A DNA stretch of 63,862 nucleotides, filler included, from Olpidium bornovanus S191 (GCA_017911155.1; 34 parts of 34 records of this genome joined end to end with filler, not necessarily neighbours in it); one strand, 5' to 3'. Counted from the whole stretch's first letter, positions 1 to 12,104 are shown. Made by a program: numbers and translations. Notes: a model not told the origin generated them from the letters alone.

Positions 1-132
1 CCCGCCCCCCCCCCCCCCCCCGGCCGCCCCGCCCCCCCCCCCCCCCGCCCCGCGTCGACACCGAAGCCCGGCCGTTCCCGCCCGGGTCACGCCCGGTGCG
101 AGAGGAAAGAGGCTGGAAAAGAGGCCGCGCGG

Positions 133-1598
133 ATGAGGGCAAGCGCCGCCGCCGCCGCCGCTGCCGCGGCCTCGGCCTCGGCCTCGGCGAGAGCGCTGCG
201 CGCGCTGTCCGCGGCGCCGGCCCCGGCTCCGGCGCGGCTGCTCGCGGGAGCCGGCGCCCCTAAGTGGAACGTCGGGGAATCGGGCGCGCTCCGCGGGCCC
301 GCGCGCCGGCCGCAGGCGACCGCCCCGCGCGGCCGCACCGGCCGGCTGACTGCAACAGCGTCCCTGGCCGCGGTGAGGCTTGACTCCGCGTTAGGTAAGG
401 TGACTGTAAAAGAAAAAAAAAAAAAAAAAAAAAAAAGTATGGGCTGGGGGAGGGAGGCGGGTGCGGAGGCCTCCAGCGTTGCAAAATTTGCGGCTGCCGT
501 TCGTCCGGGGGAGGAAGGGGTGCTGATTCAGAGCTAACCGTTTATTCCAGTTCCGGCCCGGTTCTCGTCGACGCTGTCCTGGGAGCGCGAGCGGGACTTC
601 AACCCCACGTTCGTGAACGACGTGTTCTGCGGCGACTCGGCGGTGCAAACGGAGGAGGTCCCCTTGCCCGAGCACGTCCGGAAGAGCCTCTCCAACCCGG
701 TCGGCGCCGAGTTCCCCCGCGTGGACCAGTTCGACCGCTTCCTGGACTACACCCCCTACGACGACGAGGCGCAGGGCTACCCCGACCTGGGCGTGTCCTT
801 CCCGCGGGTGCGCGTCCCCGGCAAGTACAACATCCCGCCCAAGGCCGAGGTCCCCGTGGAAGTGCTCCTCGAGACCTCCGGCGTCAACCCCGGGTACTAC
901 CGCGGCCTTTACAAGCGGGTCATTGACGTGCGCTACCGGAGGCTCCACAAGAACGGCATGAAAACCAGACTGATGTGCGTCCACGTCATCGTCGGCGACT
1001 GCAAGGGCACGGCCGGGCTCGGAGTCGGCGTGGCGCCCGACGTCCGCACCGCCGTGCGGTTGGCCTACGTCAACGCCTACCGCCAGATGGAATCGTTTTA
1101 CATTTACGACAACCGGACCCTGCATTCCGGAGGGGAATTCATGTACCAGGGGTTCCGGATGAGCGCAAAAGCGAGAGGACCAGGTATTTTTTTTTTTTGG
1201 TTTTACGCTTTTTGTTTTGGTCTCGGCTTTCGGTGGTCTCGCTTCGCGCTGCGCACGGCGGCAACAACCCTCGGTTGAAAGTTCCGTGATCACACGTCGT
1301 TCCGTAACCCCCTTCTCGCCGTTAACGCCGCGCGCATGACGCATCGTTCTTTTTTTCGGCACAAATCACTTTAGGCTTCGGCAAGCGTGTGCACCATTCT
1401 TTCTACGACCTGTGCGAGGCCGTCGGCATCAGGGACGTGCAAGCCAGGGTCAAGGGCACCAGCAACCCCCAAACGGTCATCAACGCCTTCTTCGCTTTCC
1501 TTCGGACACAGCGACCACCGCGCGACGTGGCGCGCGCGAGAGGTCTCAAGATGACAGATCTGATGCACGCATACTACGGCCGCCCGCAGGAACTGTAA
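133..1598 (+). CDS. MRPS5: Mitochondrial small-subunit ribosomal protein uS5m (37S S5), 3 exons
   Basis: Exons 133-394, 551-1183, 1375-1598 join in frame via GT-AG introns (GCTAAC branch site at 532). Ala/Arg-rich presequence, then uS5 motifs VIVGDCKGTAGLGVG, YDNRTL, PGFGKR..LCEAVGIRD..KGTSNP and RGLKMTDLMHAYY. Confidence 0.9.
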
Positions 1599-1745
1599 AA
1601 GAAAATAAAAAGTGACGAAAAACGAAAAAAAAAAAAAAAAAAAAAACTTCCCCCCGCACCGTGCCGGCTGCACCACTACATTCTGTCTTTTGGTTAACGG
1701 CCGTTTCTCCCAAACCTGTTTGCTCGATTTCGAGATCTCCGACAA

Positions 1746-1845
1746 NNNNNNNNNNNNNNNNNNNNNNNNNNNNNNNNNNNNNNNNNNNNTTAATTAATTA
1801 ANNNNNNNNNNNNNNNNNNNNNNNNNNNNNNNNNNNNNNNNNNNN
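1746..1845. other. Artificial contig-joining spacer (first of 33 identical spacers)
   Basis: 44 N + TTAATTAATTAA (stops in all six frames) + 44 N, repeated unchanged 33 times, e.g. 3380-3479, 5267-5366, 62556-62655. Neighbouring fragments are not physically linked. Confidence 0.99.
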
Positions 1846-1995
1846 CGCGGTGGCCGCGGCCGCTGCCGCGGGCGCGTGGCCCCCCCTGGCGCAGCCTATC
1901 CCAACTGTCTTAATGGAAGGGCGAGGTAGTAATAAACAGTCAACGATCATGGGGGGGGGGGGGGGGGGGGGAGGCGTTGGCGTGTACGGGCGGCC

Positions 1996-2026
<31 letters not shown>

Positions 2027-2999
2027 TTATATATATGCGTTTTTTTTTTCTCTGGGGGAACAGCGGTTGATTTTAGGCAGGGGGGGAGCGTGTCTTGCCT
2101 GCTGGCGGACTCGTGCGTCATTTTTTTTTTCGTGTCAAAACTGGAAGTTTCCAACTGCAAGTGTCTCCAGGCGAGAGTTACCGAAGCTGGGTTGCTGATG
2201 GTTTGCGCCAAGATTCTGCACGGTACCGGTGCATTGCTTTCAGCTGGTCCACTCCGCAAATCTTCGCCCTAACCCGCTGAATGTTTGCTTTCTCTGGACG
2301 GAAGGAAGGAGGGGAGGTCGCCCGGATACCCAGTTGAACCAAAATCCACAAATGCCCAAAAAAAAAAAAAAAAAAAAAAAACCGCCGGTTACGAAACACA
2401 TCCTGGAATGCGTCAAAAACCAGGGGAAAAAACGAGCAGACTGGAAGGTGATAATTTTGAGGGTTTTCTAATCCAGGCCGTTTTGGCCGTGCGGTCTGGA
2501 CCGGCGCGGACAAGATTCCGGTCTTTGTTTTTGAAGGAACGCGTGAGGTTGAAAAAAAAAAAAAAAAAAATCGGAGACGGCGTTTCCTGCTGTCACGGCG
2601 ATTGAAAGAGAGAAACAGGCGTGTGCAGCGCCCGAAATATCGCGCGTGCGGACCGGATATATCCACTCGGCGACTTCCTCGTCCCTCCGGCAGCCGGGGA
2701 ATTTTTTTTTTTTTTTGCGCTTCGTCATTTTTTTCTTTTCTTCCACAACGGCAGCAGGGCGAAAAATCCTGTCCCGGGCTGCGTTAGCGCCGGCGGCGCC
2801 GCCGGCAGACGGTCCCGCCTCGTAGACGTTCATTTTGGGTGTCGGGAAGCCCCAGGAGGTCCGGAAAGGTACCCCCGAGCCGTCCAGGCGTCACCGCCGG
2901 GGTGTTAATCATTGTAAAGCCGTCCCCAGCGCCAGGGGGGAGCCCCCGAATGGACGCGGGAGAGGGAGGCGGGCGGCGGCGCGCGTTTCGCGGTTCGCG

Positions 3000-3241
3000 T
3001 CAGGCGGGCGACGAGAACTCGCGCGGGCGCGCGTGCGCGGACGAAGGCGCAGTTGGCGGCGGCGGCCGTTCGCGGCCGGACGCAGGACCGGCGGCGGCGG
3101 CGGCGGCGGACTCTCTCCGGAGCTCTTTGACCACCATGGCGAGGGCTTCCGGGTTCACGCCGGTCTCGCACAGGCCGACGCACAGCGACAGGCACTCGCG
3201 GTCGAGGCCGGTGTTGAGCAGCGAGGAGATCTCGTAGAGCA
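3000..3241 (-). CDS. MZT1: Mitotic-spindle organizing protein 1 (MOZART1), last exon; first exon lost at contig break
   Basis: [43 protein letters not shown] matches the MOZART1 family; CAG acceptor at 3244-3242. Confidence 0.9.
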
Positions 3242-3479
3242 CTGGGCGGGGGAAAAACGAAGGGGGAAGAACGGGCCGGAGGAGGGAAGAAAGACGGGGA
3301 TGGGTTGGGTGTCAGGTGGATTGCCGACGGTCGGCGGGAGGGCGGGGGGGGGGGGGGGGGGGAAAGGGCCCCCCCCCCCNNNNNNNNNNNNNNNNNNNNN
3401 NNNNNNNNNNNNNNNNNNNNNNNTTAATTAATTAANNNNNNNNNNNNNNNNNNNNNNNNNNNNNNNNNNNNNNNNNNNN

Positions 3480-4514
3480 CACTGTTCGTCGACGGCATGG
3501 CGTCCTTGTCATTTGATTTGGCTTGCTCGGCTGCCAGTTCCAATTTGGCGATGAAAGCAGCTAGCGCGGCAGCTCCCCCTGTTCTCGAGTATGTTGGGAT
3601 GGTGGAGAGGAGTGCACGCGCTAGTTGACTGCTTCCTGTCCCTCGTTGTCCTTCGTTGCTTGGGCTTCCATGCCCGAGGTCGTGTTGGCGATTGCTCTCT
3701 TGTTCAGAGCGCCGTTCTCTTGGGTCCTCCTGGGCGACAAGCTCCTCAATCGTAGTTTTGCACTTGTGCCGTCAGCATGTGGACTTGCTGACAAAGCGTT
3801 TGCACTTCTGCGTCGACGTCAGCTCTTCGTTGCGCCTCCTGGCGTGTCCTCTCTCGCTCCAAGAGAATGGAGTCAACGACTCTCTGAGATTGCGCCGACA
3901 GCTTGGTCAACCTCGATGAGGTGGAGTCCCTCAACTCGCTGCGAGCGGCCGTGGTGCCGTCACGCAATGCCCAAACTCCGGCGCGCCCTCTCTCGTTGTC
4001 CGCCGTTGCGTAGTACGCTCGGTCGTCGTCGTACGCCATCTCCGCCTCTCCGTGGGGCGTCTCAGGTGTCACCTGGAGTGCCCCGGGCATGCCTTGTGCA
4101 TGCCGTGGTCTCCCTTCGTCCAGGACAGCACTTGCGCTGAATTGCTGGCGAGGGTGGCGTTCTTCTTCCACGGTTCTGCCTCTGACCAGGAGAAGAAGGG
4201 GTTTTTCTTCTTCGTAGGCGGAGAGTCCGTTGGGGCTCATAACCTGTCGACTTCGGGTGGAAAAAGGAGCCACGGGGCTCTTCTATTCCTTGATTCTACC
4301 CGGTTTTTATAGAGAGGGATTCAGGGGAAAGTTCCGGGTCCAGGGGTTGGATGTGCGCGGTGCCATGCGTGCTTTGCCCCCCTTTTCTACAGGAAGGAGG
4401 TTTCGAATTGCAATCGTGTCTCGCCCAAGGCGCACAAGGTGCGGAGGAAGCCTTACTATGTGGGCAGAGCTGAATGGCCGCAATGTAGACGAGATTCATC
4501 CGTTCTGACGAACA
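3480..4514 (-). mobile_element. Degenerate LTR retrotransposon 5' part: putative LTR, half-tRNA PBS and frameshifted Ty3/gypsy-like gag
   Basis: LTR end ...TCGACA (4250-4245), with TATAAAAA about 60 nt upstream, is followed by GGTTATGAGCCC (4244-4233). ORF 4240-3746 and then, after frameshifts, RALLSTIPTYSRTGGAAALAAFIAKLE, homologous to the gag at 54538-55270. The LTR outer boundary near 4514 is tentative. Confidence 0.7.
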
Positions 4515-5366
4515 GTTGGAAGTTCTGGCATGAACTACGCTCCCGTAAGCACAGGACTCTGGGTCCACGACCGCACTTTAAGCACGTCATGCTGTGAAGG
4601 ATGCAAAATCACATGGGCGAGCTACATTTTTTCATCCTCAGAAATGCACCTCTCGGATCCCCATTGCAACCTCCAGCCCATATGCCAGGCGGAATCCCAA
4701 CCGCGTTTGCGTCCCTGGCTCATGCACAGCAGATTGGAGCTGCGGCACTGCACCGTTGCATAGACAGTCCAAGGATGTAGACGCTTGCGACGTTGAGAGC
4801 GAGGACAACAAAACGAAGGGCAAGACGGCCCAACGGACGCGGAACATGTCGATCTGGATTACAGCCTATTCACAGAATCGTTTGCTTTCCCTGCCCGACG
4901 ACGGTAGAGATAGATTCGTAACGGGTGCGCGCGATGTATGCACAGAGGTCGAGAATCAACAGCGGTCTCGCAAAAATGAAAAAAAAAAAAAAAAACAGAG
5001 AAAACCACGCCACCGAACCATAACATAGGCGGTTTCGCATCCCAAGATAACGCGCATACGCATATTTCACCCGGCAACATTTATTGAAGGAGACGACAAG
5101 TCTATCATATCAAGATACTACGGGTAAAAGAGCGTCGGATTCCCTTTTCTATTCGGGATTCTTTTCGTTCGTTGGTCTCCGCTTTCGCAAACGTGGATGT
5201 GGCATCGAGATAATGTTCGAGGTTCCTGGTGTCCCCCGCCAAACAAACTTCGTTTGGCAGACCATGNNNNNNNNNNNNNNNNNNNNNNNNNNNNNNNNNN
5301 NNNNNNNNNNTTAATTAATTAANNNNNNNNNNNNNNNNNNNNNNNNNNNNNNNNNNNNNNNNNNNN

Positions 5367-6812
5367 CCATGACCCGGTACTGCGCGCAGGTGCTTCGGCC
5401 TCTGGCCGATCCTCTGCCGACCCACGCCGTGAACCGGTACTGCGCGCAGGAGCTTCGGCCCCTGGCCGATCCTTTGCCGGCCCACGCACAGGAAGGGACT
5501 GCTTGGCGCAAACTCTTCGCGGGGGCTCGTTCGCAGCGAGCCCTTCTCCCTCCGACGGGCGGACTGGGGCAGCGAGGTCGTCCGCGGGCACCGCGGAAGC
5601 CCGCGCGCGCTTGATGGCGTCTTCCCACTCCAGCTCCTTCTCCCTCCATGCCATTTCCCTGAGCTCGCACTCGTGAATGCCTCGCTTGAGCACCTCCTCC
5701 CGGGCGCGGATGTCCTGATTCTCCTGGCGCAGGCGGTCGACCTCGCACCGCGCCTCCGATAAGCTGCGGAGGCTCTCCGCAAGTTTAATCTTGGTGTGTT
5801 CGAATTCGAGGTCGAGGCTTTGCATCTTCTTCAGAGTTTTCAACAAGTGGGCATTCTCGGACATTCGCTGCGCCTCCGCCTGACCATTCTTCCTCTGCCT
5901 CTGCCGCTGCTGCTCCGCCTGGGTCGGCGCGTGCAACGACGATTTCGGACCCGGCCGGCCAGCGCTCGCGTAGGGGATGTGCTTCCCCGCATCCGACTTC
6001 GCTTTTTGCAGGCCCGCAAGGTCGTTCGCCGTCGCCAGACGAGGTCTGGACGGCGCGTTCACGGGCCCCGCGGGCTGGGAGGCACCGTACTGAGCCCCGG
6101 GCGCCTTAGCGGCGGTCGTAGGTGCGGCGGCTGTCGCCGCCGCTGTCGAAGGTTGCTCATCGGAGAATGACAGCGAGGATCCCTTGCTGCGAAGCTGCAT
6201 AGCAAGGTCGTGCGCCGTCGCCAGCCGCTTTGCGAACGGGTTTGGCGCGCCAACGGTGACGCCTGAGGACAGATTTTGCTTAGACGAGGACGCGGACGCC
6301 TTTGAACGCGGGGGATGAATAACTTTCCCGCTGCCGAATTTAACGCGGTGCGTCGTGGCCCCGAGGTGGACCTTGTGCTTCGCTTTGGGGCCGAGGGCCG
6401 GGTTGTTCTGGCGCCGGACGAGGGCATTGAAGTCCATGGGATTGAAGGAGGAGGTCCCGCGCTGGCGGTGCAGGTTCCCCAATCCCACCCCGTTAGCGGT
6501 TTTGGAAGGCGCGTTGACCGCCAGGCCGCCGGGGTAGTCGCGCGGCAGCAGGGCGTTCTCGGCCTCGCGCCGCGCGGCCTCCCGGGCGCCGAAGGTCTGC
6601 CACATATTCGCCACATCCACGGCGGCCGCGGCAAGCGGCTTCGAGGGGGCCGGCGGGGTTCGCGGCGCGGCTGCAGGCGTCGCCGCGGACGCGGGGGGCG
6701 GCCGGCCCGCGGCGCCGGCCCGCACCGGGACGGGCTTCGCGTCGTTCTCTTCTTCGTCGGATGACTGAACGGCTTCCATAATGGCATCCCAATCAATCTT
6801 TTTCTTTGCCAT
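5367..6812 (-). CDS. Hypothetical low-complexity protein with coiled coil and C-terminal 20-aa repeats (3' truncated)
   Basis: Uninterrupted frame of about 480 codons from ATG 6812 (MAKKKIDWDAIMEAVQSSDEEE); coiled-coil segment LKKMQSLDLEFEHTKIKLAESLRSL; no family recognised. Confidence 0.55.
5371..5490. repeat. 60-bp tandem repeat, 2 copies visible
   Basis: 5371-5430 and 5431-5490 are near identical (GAxCCGGTACTGCGCGCAGGxGCTTCGGCC...); encodes xDRPxAEAPARSTGS on the minus strand. Confidence 0.9.
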
Positions 6813-8362
6813 TGCGCACGGGGGGAAGTGGGGGTGGGGAGGGGGGTGGGATGGGAAGGAGCGCCGGGACAGGGAAGGGGCGGCGGGCGGGTTGCAAGAG
6901 AGCTGCGACGCCGCGAGCAAGCGCGCGCCCACTCTCTCCCTTGCTCTCTCTCTGTCTCGCTCGCTCTCTTTTTCTCTGCGCCCGACCGGCCGCGGATGGC
7001 GGTGGAAGGGGGGGAAGGGCTGGCGGCGGTCGGCCGGTGCTTTCATGAAAGATAAACTCCTCCAGCCCATCCCCCCTCCTCCCCCCGTCCTCCTTCTCCC
7101 TACCCAGCACAACCTCATGTCCATCCCGAAGCGGGGAGCCAGAACCGCCGGCCCTTTCCCCTCGACGGCGGTCGCGTGTTGCGCGTCGTATGCTCTCCCT
7201 CTCGACAAAAATGCAGGACGCGACGCCGCGAGTTGATCCAAATTGCAAGGAGAAACCATGATTGCCACCTCTGAACATGCGTGACATGCGTGATGACGTT
7301 CGCCGTGTTATCCTTCGTCCAAATTCTCTCCCCGTGAGACCCGCTCGGCCCGCCGCCGCCGACCGCCACATCTAGAAAAATTTCAATTTGACGTAATCCG
7401 TCTTTGTTTTTTCGACTAATTTGCCGGTGCGGCCAATTGGCGGCCTGCGCATGGTCAAGAGCAGATGGGTCTTTGCGTGCGCTCCTCCTTTGTTGCCTTC
7501 GCGTCGACGAAAGGGGGGGGGGGGGAGGGGGGGACGCACGCGCGTGCGGGCAACGGCAGCTTCCTGAGCGGGAGTTAATACCACCTGCAGAAATGAATCA
7601 AGTATGGGTGTGGAGGATCCTCTGCCGGTTGAGATGGAAGATGTTTGTGTCACTCCTTTACACGCTGCAGCATCTCAACGACTGGCGCGCTGATGCTCGG
7701 CTATTGGCACCGAAGGCCTGCCCGAACACGAACGCTGGAAGAACATATCCATTGAAATTCTGGCCACCAGGTCCCAGCCGCCTCTCCAATGGCCGTCAAA
7801 AACAGAAAGGAAGAAAGTGCCCGGGAAACTTCTTTGGAGGCGACGATGTTCAGAAGAATTTCCCGCCGTAATGTGTAGTGCGGAATGAATGAGCGTAAAA
7901 AAAAAAGAAATCACAATAATGTCAGTGCAATCAATACATGGTTCTGTACATGTCAAATAATACGCAATATTTAACACTGGTCGGTTGTTTGAGCGCCTTG
8001 ATGTAAAGGTGCAGTAGCGGTACACCAACGCCTCCCAGCTTCTGTGGAAGTTAGGAAAGATTTGTGTGGGCGAGAACCCGAGGCTCAACGGCGCCATTTG
8101 CGGCAATCGCCTGCGCACGATGAAACTATTCAATACAAATGAATCCACATTCGTCGAATTCGGAGCGGCTCAGAAGAATTAATTCCCAAAGCAAACGTTT
8201 TCTGAGCAGCTGGGAAAAATAAACGCCCATCACGTGCCTAAGTTTTACGAGCAGCTCAAAAGTCCAGGGTGCTCCCTTAAAATCCGGCGATCTCAAAGTT
8301 TGGAATTCCGAAAGGTCACGCGACCAAAAAACAGAGTGCCATCTGGCGCCTCTCTTAACTAT

Positions 8363-8749
8363 TCATTCCACACTCGCTCCCTCCAAAAGCTCTGCTTCAT
8401 CTTTGACTTGCAAATCGCTTGGACTGAAGAGCAGCGTCACCCGGACACCGATGCATTGCAGAAAGTTCCGCATCTCTTCTGTAAAGTTCTCGCGGTAGAC
8501 AACAACGTACGGTCCCCTCTTTGAGTTTGTTGGAAATGTCGCATCGTGAATGCATTGGGTAGTTTTGTAGTTGAGCTTGCTAATTTCTGTCCATTCATCC
8601 AGCGTGTATAATTGTGGGAGAGGTATATCGACGAGTGGCGCGCCTTTTTTAACCACCCTCTCGAAGCCGTCAGGTTCCAGAACAGTGTGTCTTGGGATTG
8701 GTGTTGTAGTGCCAGGTCTTCGGAGAGCTCGACCTGGAGGTCCCGGCAC
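8363..8749 (-). CDS. Possible hypothetical coding segment or pseudogene
   Basis: 128-codon ORF with globular-looking composition (LEPDGFERVVKKGAPLVDIPLPQLYTLDEW...); the frame stays open about 78 codons past the TGA; no family recognised. Confidence 0.25.
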   Translation of the reverse strand: MPGPPGRALRRPGTTTPIPRHTVLEPDGFERVVKKGAPLVDIPLPQLYTLDEWTEISKLNYKTTQCIHDATFPTNSKRGPYVVVYRENFTEEMRNFLQCIGVRVTLLFSPSDLQVKDEAELLEGASVE

Positions 8750-10182
8750 GCCTTCGAAATGGTGTCAGAGAAAAATCGGTGCTCACCTCCCCCCCAGTCA
8801 CGTGCACGTTTCGCGTATCAAAAACATCGTGAACGAATGTAAGATTGTTTTTCCCCCATCGGAAAAAAACAAACAATAAGCAAAGGAAGAGACCCTAATT
8901 TTCTACCGGACGCAGGCCACGACGGGCTGTCGGCGCGCTTCTTGGGACTGGGCGAGAGCATGGCGTTGTAACGGGCAAAATCCGTAATCTGTGCGTAGCG
9001 CTATCTGGAGATTGTATTCGCCGTTCTTGCTCTGGATCTGGATCTGGAGACTATGTGTGCTGTGGCACGGCCCTAGCCCNNNNNNNNNNNNNNNNNNNNN
9101 NNNNNNNNNNNNNNNNNNNNNNNTTAATTAATTAANNNNNNNNNNNNNNNNNNNNNNNNNNNNNNNNNNNNNNNNNNNNCATGCCTTTTTTGTTTTCTTT
9201 TTTTGACAGTTCAGGTCGTGTTTTTATCACAGTTTTCGGTTTACCTTTTGCCGCTTTCCACGTGCCCGTCGGGATAGCGCACGTGCAGAATTTTGCCCAC
9301 CGAGGAAAAGGTCCGACCCAGAGGCCCTGTTTCCGTTTTTTTTTTTTTTTTTTTTTTTTTTGTTTTTCGTGTCGGCGCGACCTGCTTACATCCTCCTTTT
9401 CGAAAACTTTGCCGCTGGGCGCGCGGGCACCCGCCCCATCGTTTCGCAGACGGATAAAATAAAAAGAAAACGATCTCTCGTCGGCAAATTGTATATTTCC
9501 CGGGCGGGGAGAGGGGGCGGGAAGGGGTCTCGGGTAAAAGGGAGGAGGGGGTTAAAAGGGTGGGCGGTGCACCGGCGGCCGGAGGGGGGGGGGGGGGGGG
9601 GGGGGGGGGAAAACATTTTTTGCAGGCAGATCCGCCGCCCGGGGCGGCCGGTCTTTCCCCGAGCAGCCCCGCCTCGAAACTGATGAGCAGGTCCAAACGC
9701 GCGTGACGCCGAAGAGGAAATCCTCGTCTCCCCGAGCATTTATTAGCCGGGGGTTTCGACGGCCGTGCTACAGCCACCCGTTCGCACTGCACACTTCCCC
9801 CGGCTTGCTTTCCCTGCAATTGATTCTCCTAGGCTTCGGAACTTCGCGCGCACTCCGGTTCGGCCGACGCCCCTGCAGCACCTTGTTCCCCGGGGCAGAA
9901 TTTGCCCGCTCTCCTCGACTTCCGCGCAACTGGAAAACTGCCGCCCGCGTCCCCTTACGGCCGTCACCAGAGAACAGGCAGAAAAAAAGGATTGACATTC
10001 GTGTCAATTTTTTAATTGTGGGTTTCTATGGTGCGCTAATATTTATGTACATATTATTTGCGTGATATTAACAAACATTGCGACGAACCCCCCCCCCCCC
10101 CCCCCCCACCCCCCCCCCCCCCCCCCCACACGGCGCGACATAATTCGATCCAGGAAAAAAAAAATCGCCGCGAATTCTCTGC

Positions 10183-10233
10183 TGAGGCCCGAACGGCAAT
10201 GAGGCCCGAACGGCAATGAGGCCCGAACGGCAA
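10183..10233. repeat. 17-bp tandem repeat x3
   Basis: TGAGGCCCGAACGGCAA exact at 10183, 10200 and 10217. Confidence 0.95.
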
Positions 10234-10490
10234 AAAACAAAAAAAATTCCCGGCGAGAACACCGGGGAAAAACCCCCCGCCACTCCGCCGCCGACCCGAA
10301 CGGGAAAGAAAAAATTCCTGTGTCCAACCTCCGCCCATCCCGTCTCGCGCTCCCAACTTGCGCAATTAAAAAGAAAACAAAAAAAACGCGAATCTGCGCC
10401 TGTCGGGGAAGGAGGCCTTGGCCTGCCGGCCAGACAACGCAACCCCTGCGGCGGTGGTTTCTCAGAGCCCTCTCGGTCTTTGAATAAGCA

Positions 10491-10560
10491 GAGCAACCGT
10501 GGGGATCGAACCCACCAGTTGGGGGCCTGAATCCCAACCGTCCCCCTATTTTGGGAGGCG
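10491..10560 (-). pseudogene. Partial tRNA-like sequence (T arm and anticodon-like arm, no matching 5' acceptor strand)
   Basis: T arm GTGGG-TTCGATC-CCCAC (10515-10499); TTGGGA-TTCAGGC-CCCCAA arm with CAG at the anticodon position; no complement to the 3' GGTTGCT upstream. Confidence 0.3.
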
Positions 10561-12031
10561 CACGGAGTGGGGGACCACAAAAAAAAAGTGACCGAATAAC
10601 AACAAAAAAAATTGGACCGAAATACCCCCACCAGGCCGCGCCAACACAGCATCTCCGGGGNNNNNNNNNNNNNNNNNNNNNNNNNNNNNNNNNNNNNNNN
10701 NNNNTTAATTAATTAANNNNNNNNNNNNNNNNNNNNNNNNNNNNNNNNNNNNNNNNNNNNCATGCATCGGTATATCAGGAAAACCCAGTTCCCCCCAGAG
10801 CAGGAGGTTCCGGCAAAACAAAATCACACACGGCCAACAACGGGCAGATCAAGCCGGAGAAAGATGCGAACCCCGGCACAGGCGACTCGCACCTACTTCC
10901 CTGTTTCGCCCCCTCACGGTAGACCTCTCTGGCCGACCGCCGTTCGCCTCGCCTTGTTTGTTTGTCCTCGGCGTCACTTTTCCAGACGGCGTCAGACCTG
11001 TCGTAAATCCGCCAGAAATCGGGCCGCCGCCGTCGTTCCACGGTCCATCCAAGGGATCGAGGGATCGGCCAACCTCTCCTTGCCATTCACTTGGGTCGTC
11101 CTAAGCTGGCGGAAGTAATCCCAATTCGTGCAAGTCTCAGATTCACGGCAAAGGGTGGGGCCCGGGGCGCGGTTGATCTACTTGTGATCACGTGCCGGCT
11201 TTGAGCCGGCCGAGCTGCCTTAGACGGCTCACGGCTCGGCTCGACTCACGATGATAGACATATCGGCTGAGCCGGCTCAGCTGCTGGGTAGCCGGTGTAT
11301 ATTTATTGTTTCGATATTTTGCGAACGTGGGGATAGTTTGTAAACGTTTTCAGGTTTCTTTCCATTGACGCGTTCGTTATTTATGTGCAAAATGAGCTTG
11401 AAGTTTATAGAACTTCTCCACCTTAATGGACCATGATAGTCATATAGAGCGAACACCACAGCTGGCATAGGATCGGTTCATTCGCGGGGTTGTTTAGTTT
11501 CCGAGAACGATGTCGCGTGCCGCCCAGATTATCAGGCGCAGAGCTCGTCAAGGCTTCCTGATCTCCGCGATAATGAGCTGTGATTGTGGTATGCCAGTGG
11601 GCAATGCACTTCCAAAGGTGGCCTCCAATCCATGAGGTGCTGGGGACCCGAGACCGTGGTTATCATTGACATATCTACGGATTGGGGTTCTACGGAGCGA
11701 CTGCGCGAGCCGCGACCTGACGCAGACGGGCGTGTGAGGTGGCGGCGTCGGCGGAAACTCGTGCGCTGCGAACTCGTTGGCAAACGGAGGCGGGGAATCC
11801 GTGGGATTCTGTTTCTCGCCCGCAACCTGGAGGTCTCGGAACTGGGCGGCTGTGATTTAAATGTCACTCGGGAAACGCGGGGAGGAGGATGGGATATGGC
11901 GGCGTGGGGGCCCAGCGCCACGGATTGCGGGGCCGGACATGGCGGCTTTTCTTCTTGGAGCCGCCGGCGGCAGCGGGAGGCGATGGCATGTTGGAATGGC
12001 TTCGCAGGGCAAGCCAGACACCTGGTGAATA

Positions 12032-12104
12032 GGGCAGATAGCTCAGTTGGTAGAGCGTCCCTCCGGGATAGGGAAGGTCCCGAGTTCGACCCTCGGTTGG
12101 CCCA
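12032..12104 (+). tRNA. tRNA-like cloverleaf inside the LTR, anticodon position GGG (nominally Pro), non-canonical C33
   Basis: Acceptor GGGCAGA/TTGGCCC (one A-G mismatch), D stem GCTC/GAGC, anticodon stem TCCCT/AGGGA with loop CCGGGAT, variable loop AGGTC, T stem CCGAG/CTCGG with loop TTCGACC, A73; intact A and B boxes; TTTT at 12106-12109. Confidence 0.8.

Noticed and set aside
1790-1801. Recurrent TTAATTAATTAA palindrome as a biological repeat or CRISPR-like array
   Set aside because: Always centred in 44+44 N; it is a synthetic six-frame-stop linker.
2178-2833. Minus-strand peptides DEEVAEWIYPV (FANCM-like WIYP) and RAKICGVDQLKAMHRYR, and plus-strand EGFLIQA (reeler-like)
   Set aside because: Motifs are too short, expected neighbouring residues are absent, and no consistent exon chain could be built.
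9675-9730. CTGATGAG...GAAA as a hammerhead ribozyme
   Set aside because: No stem II closing pair and stems I and III cannot be formed.
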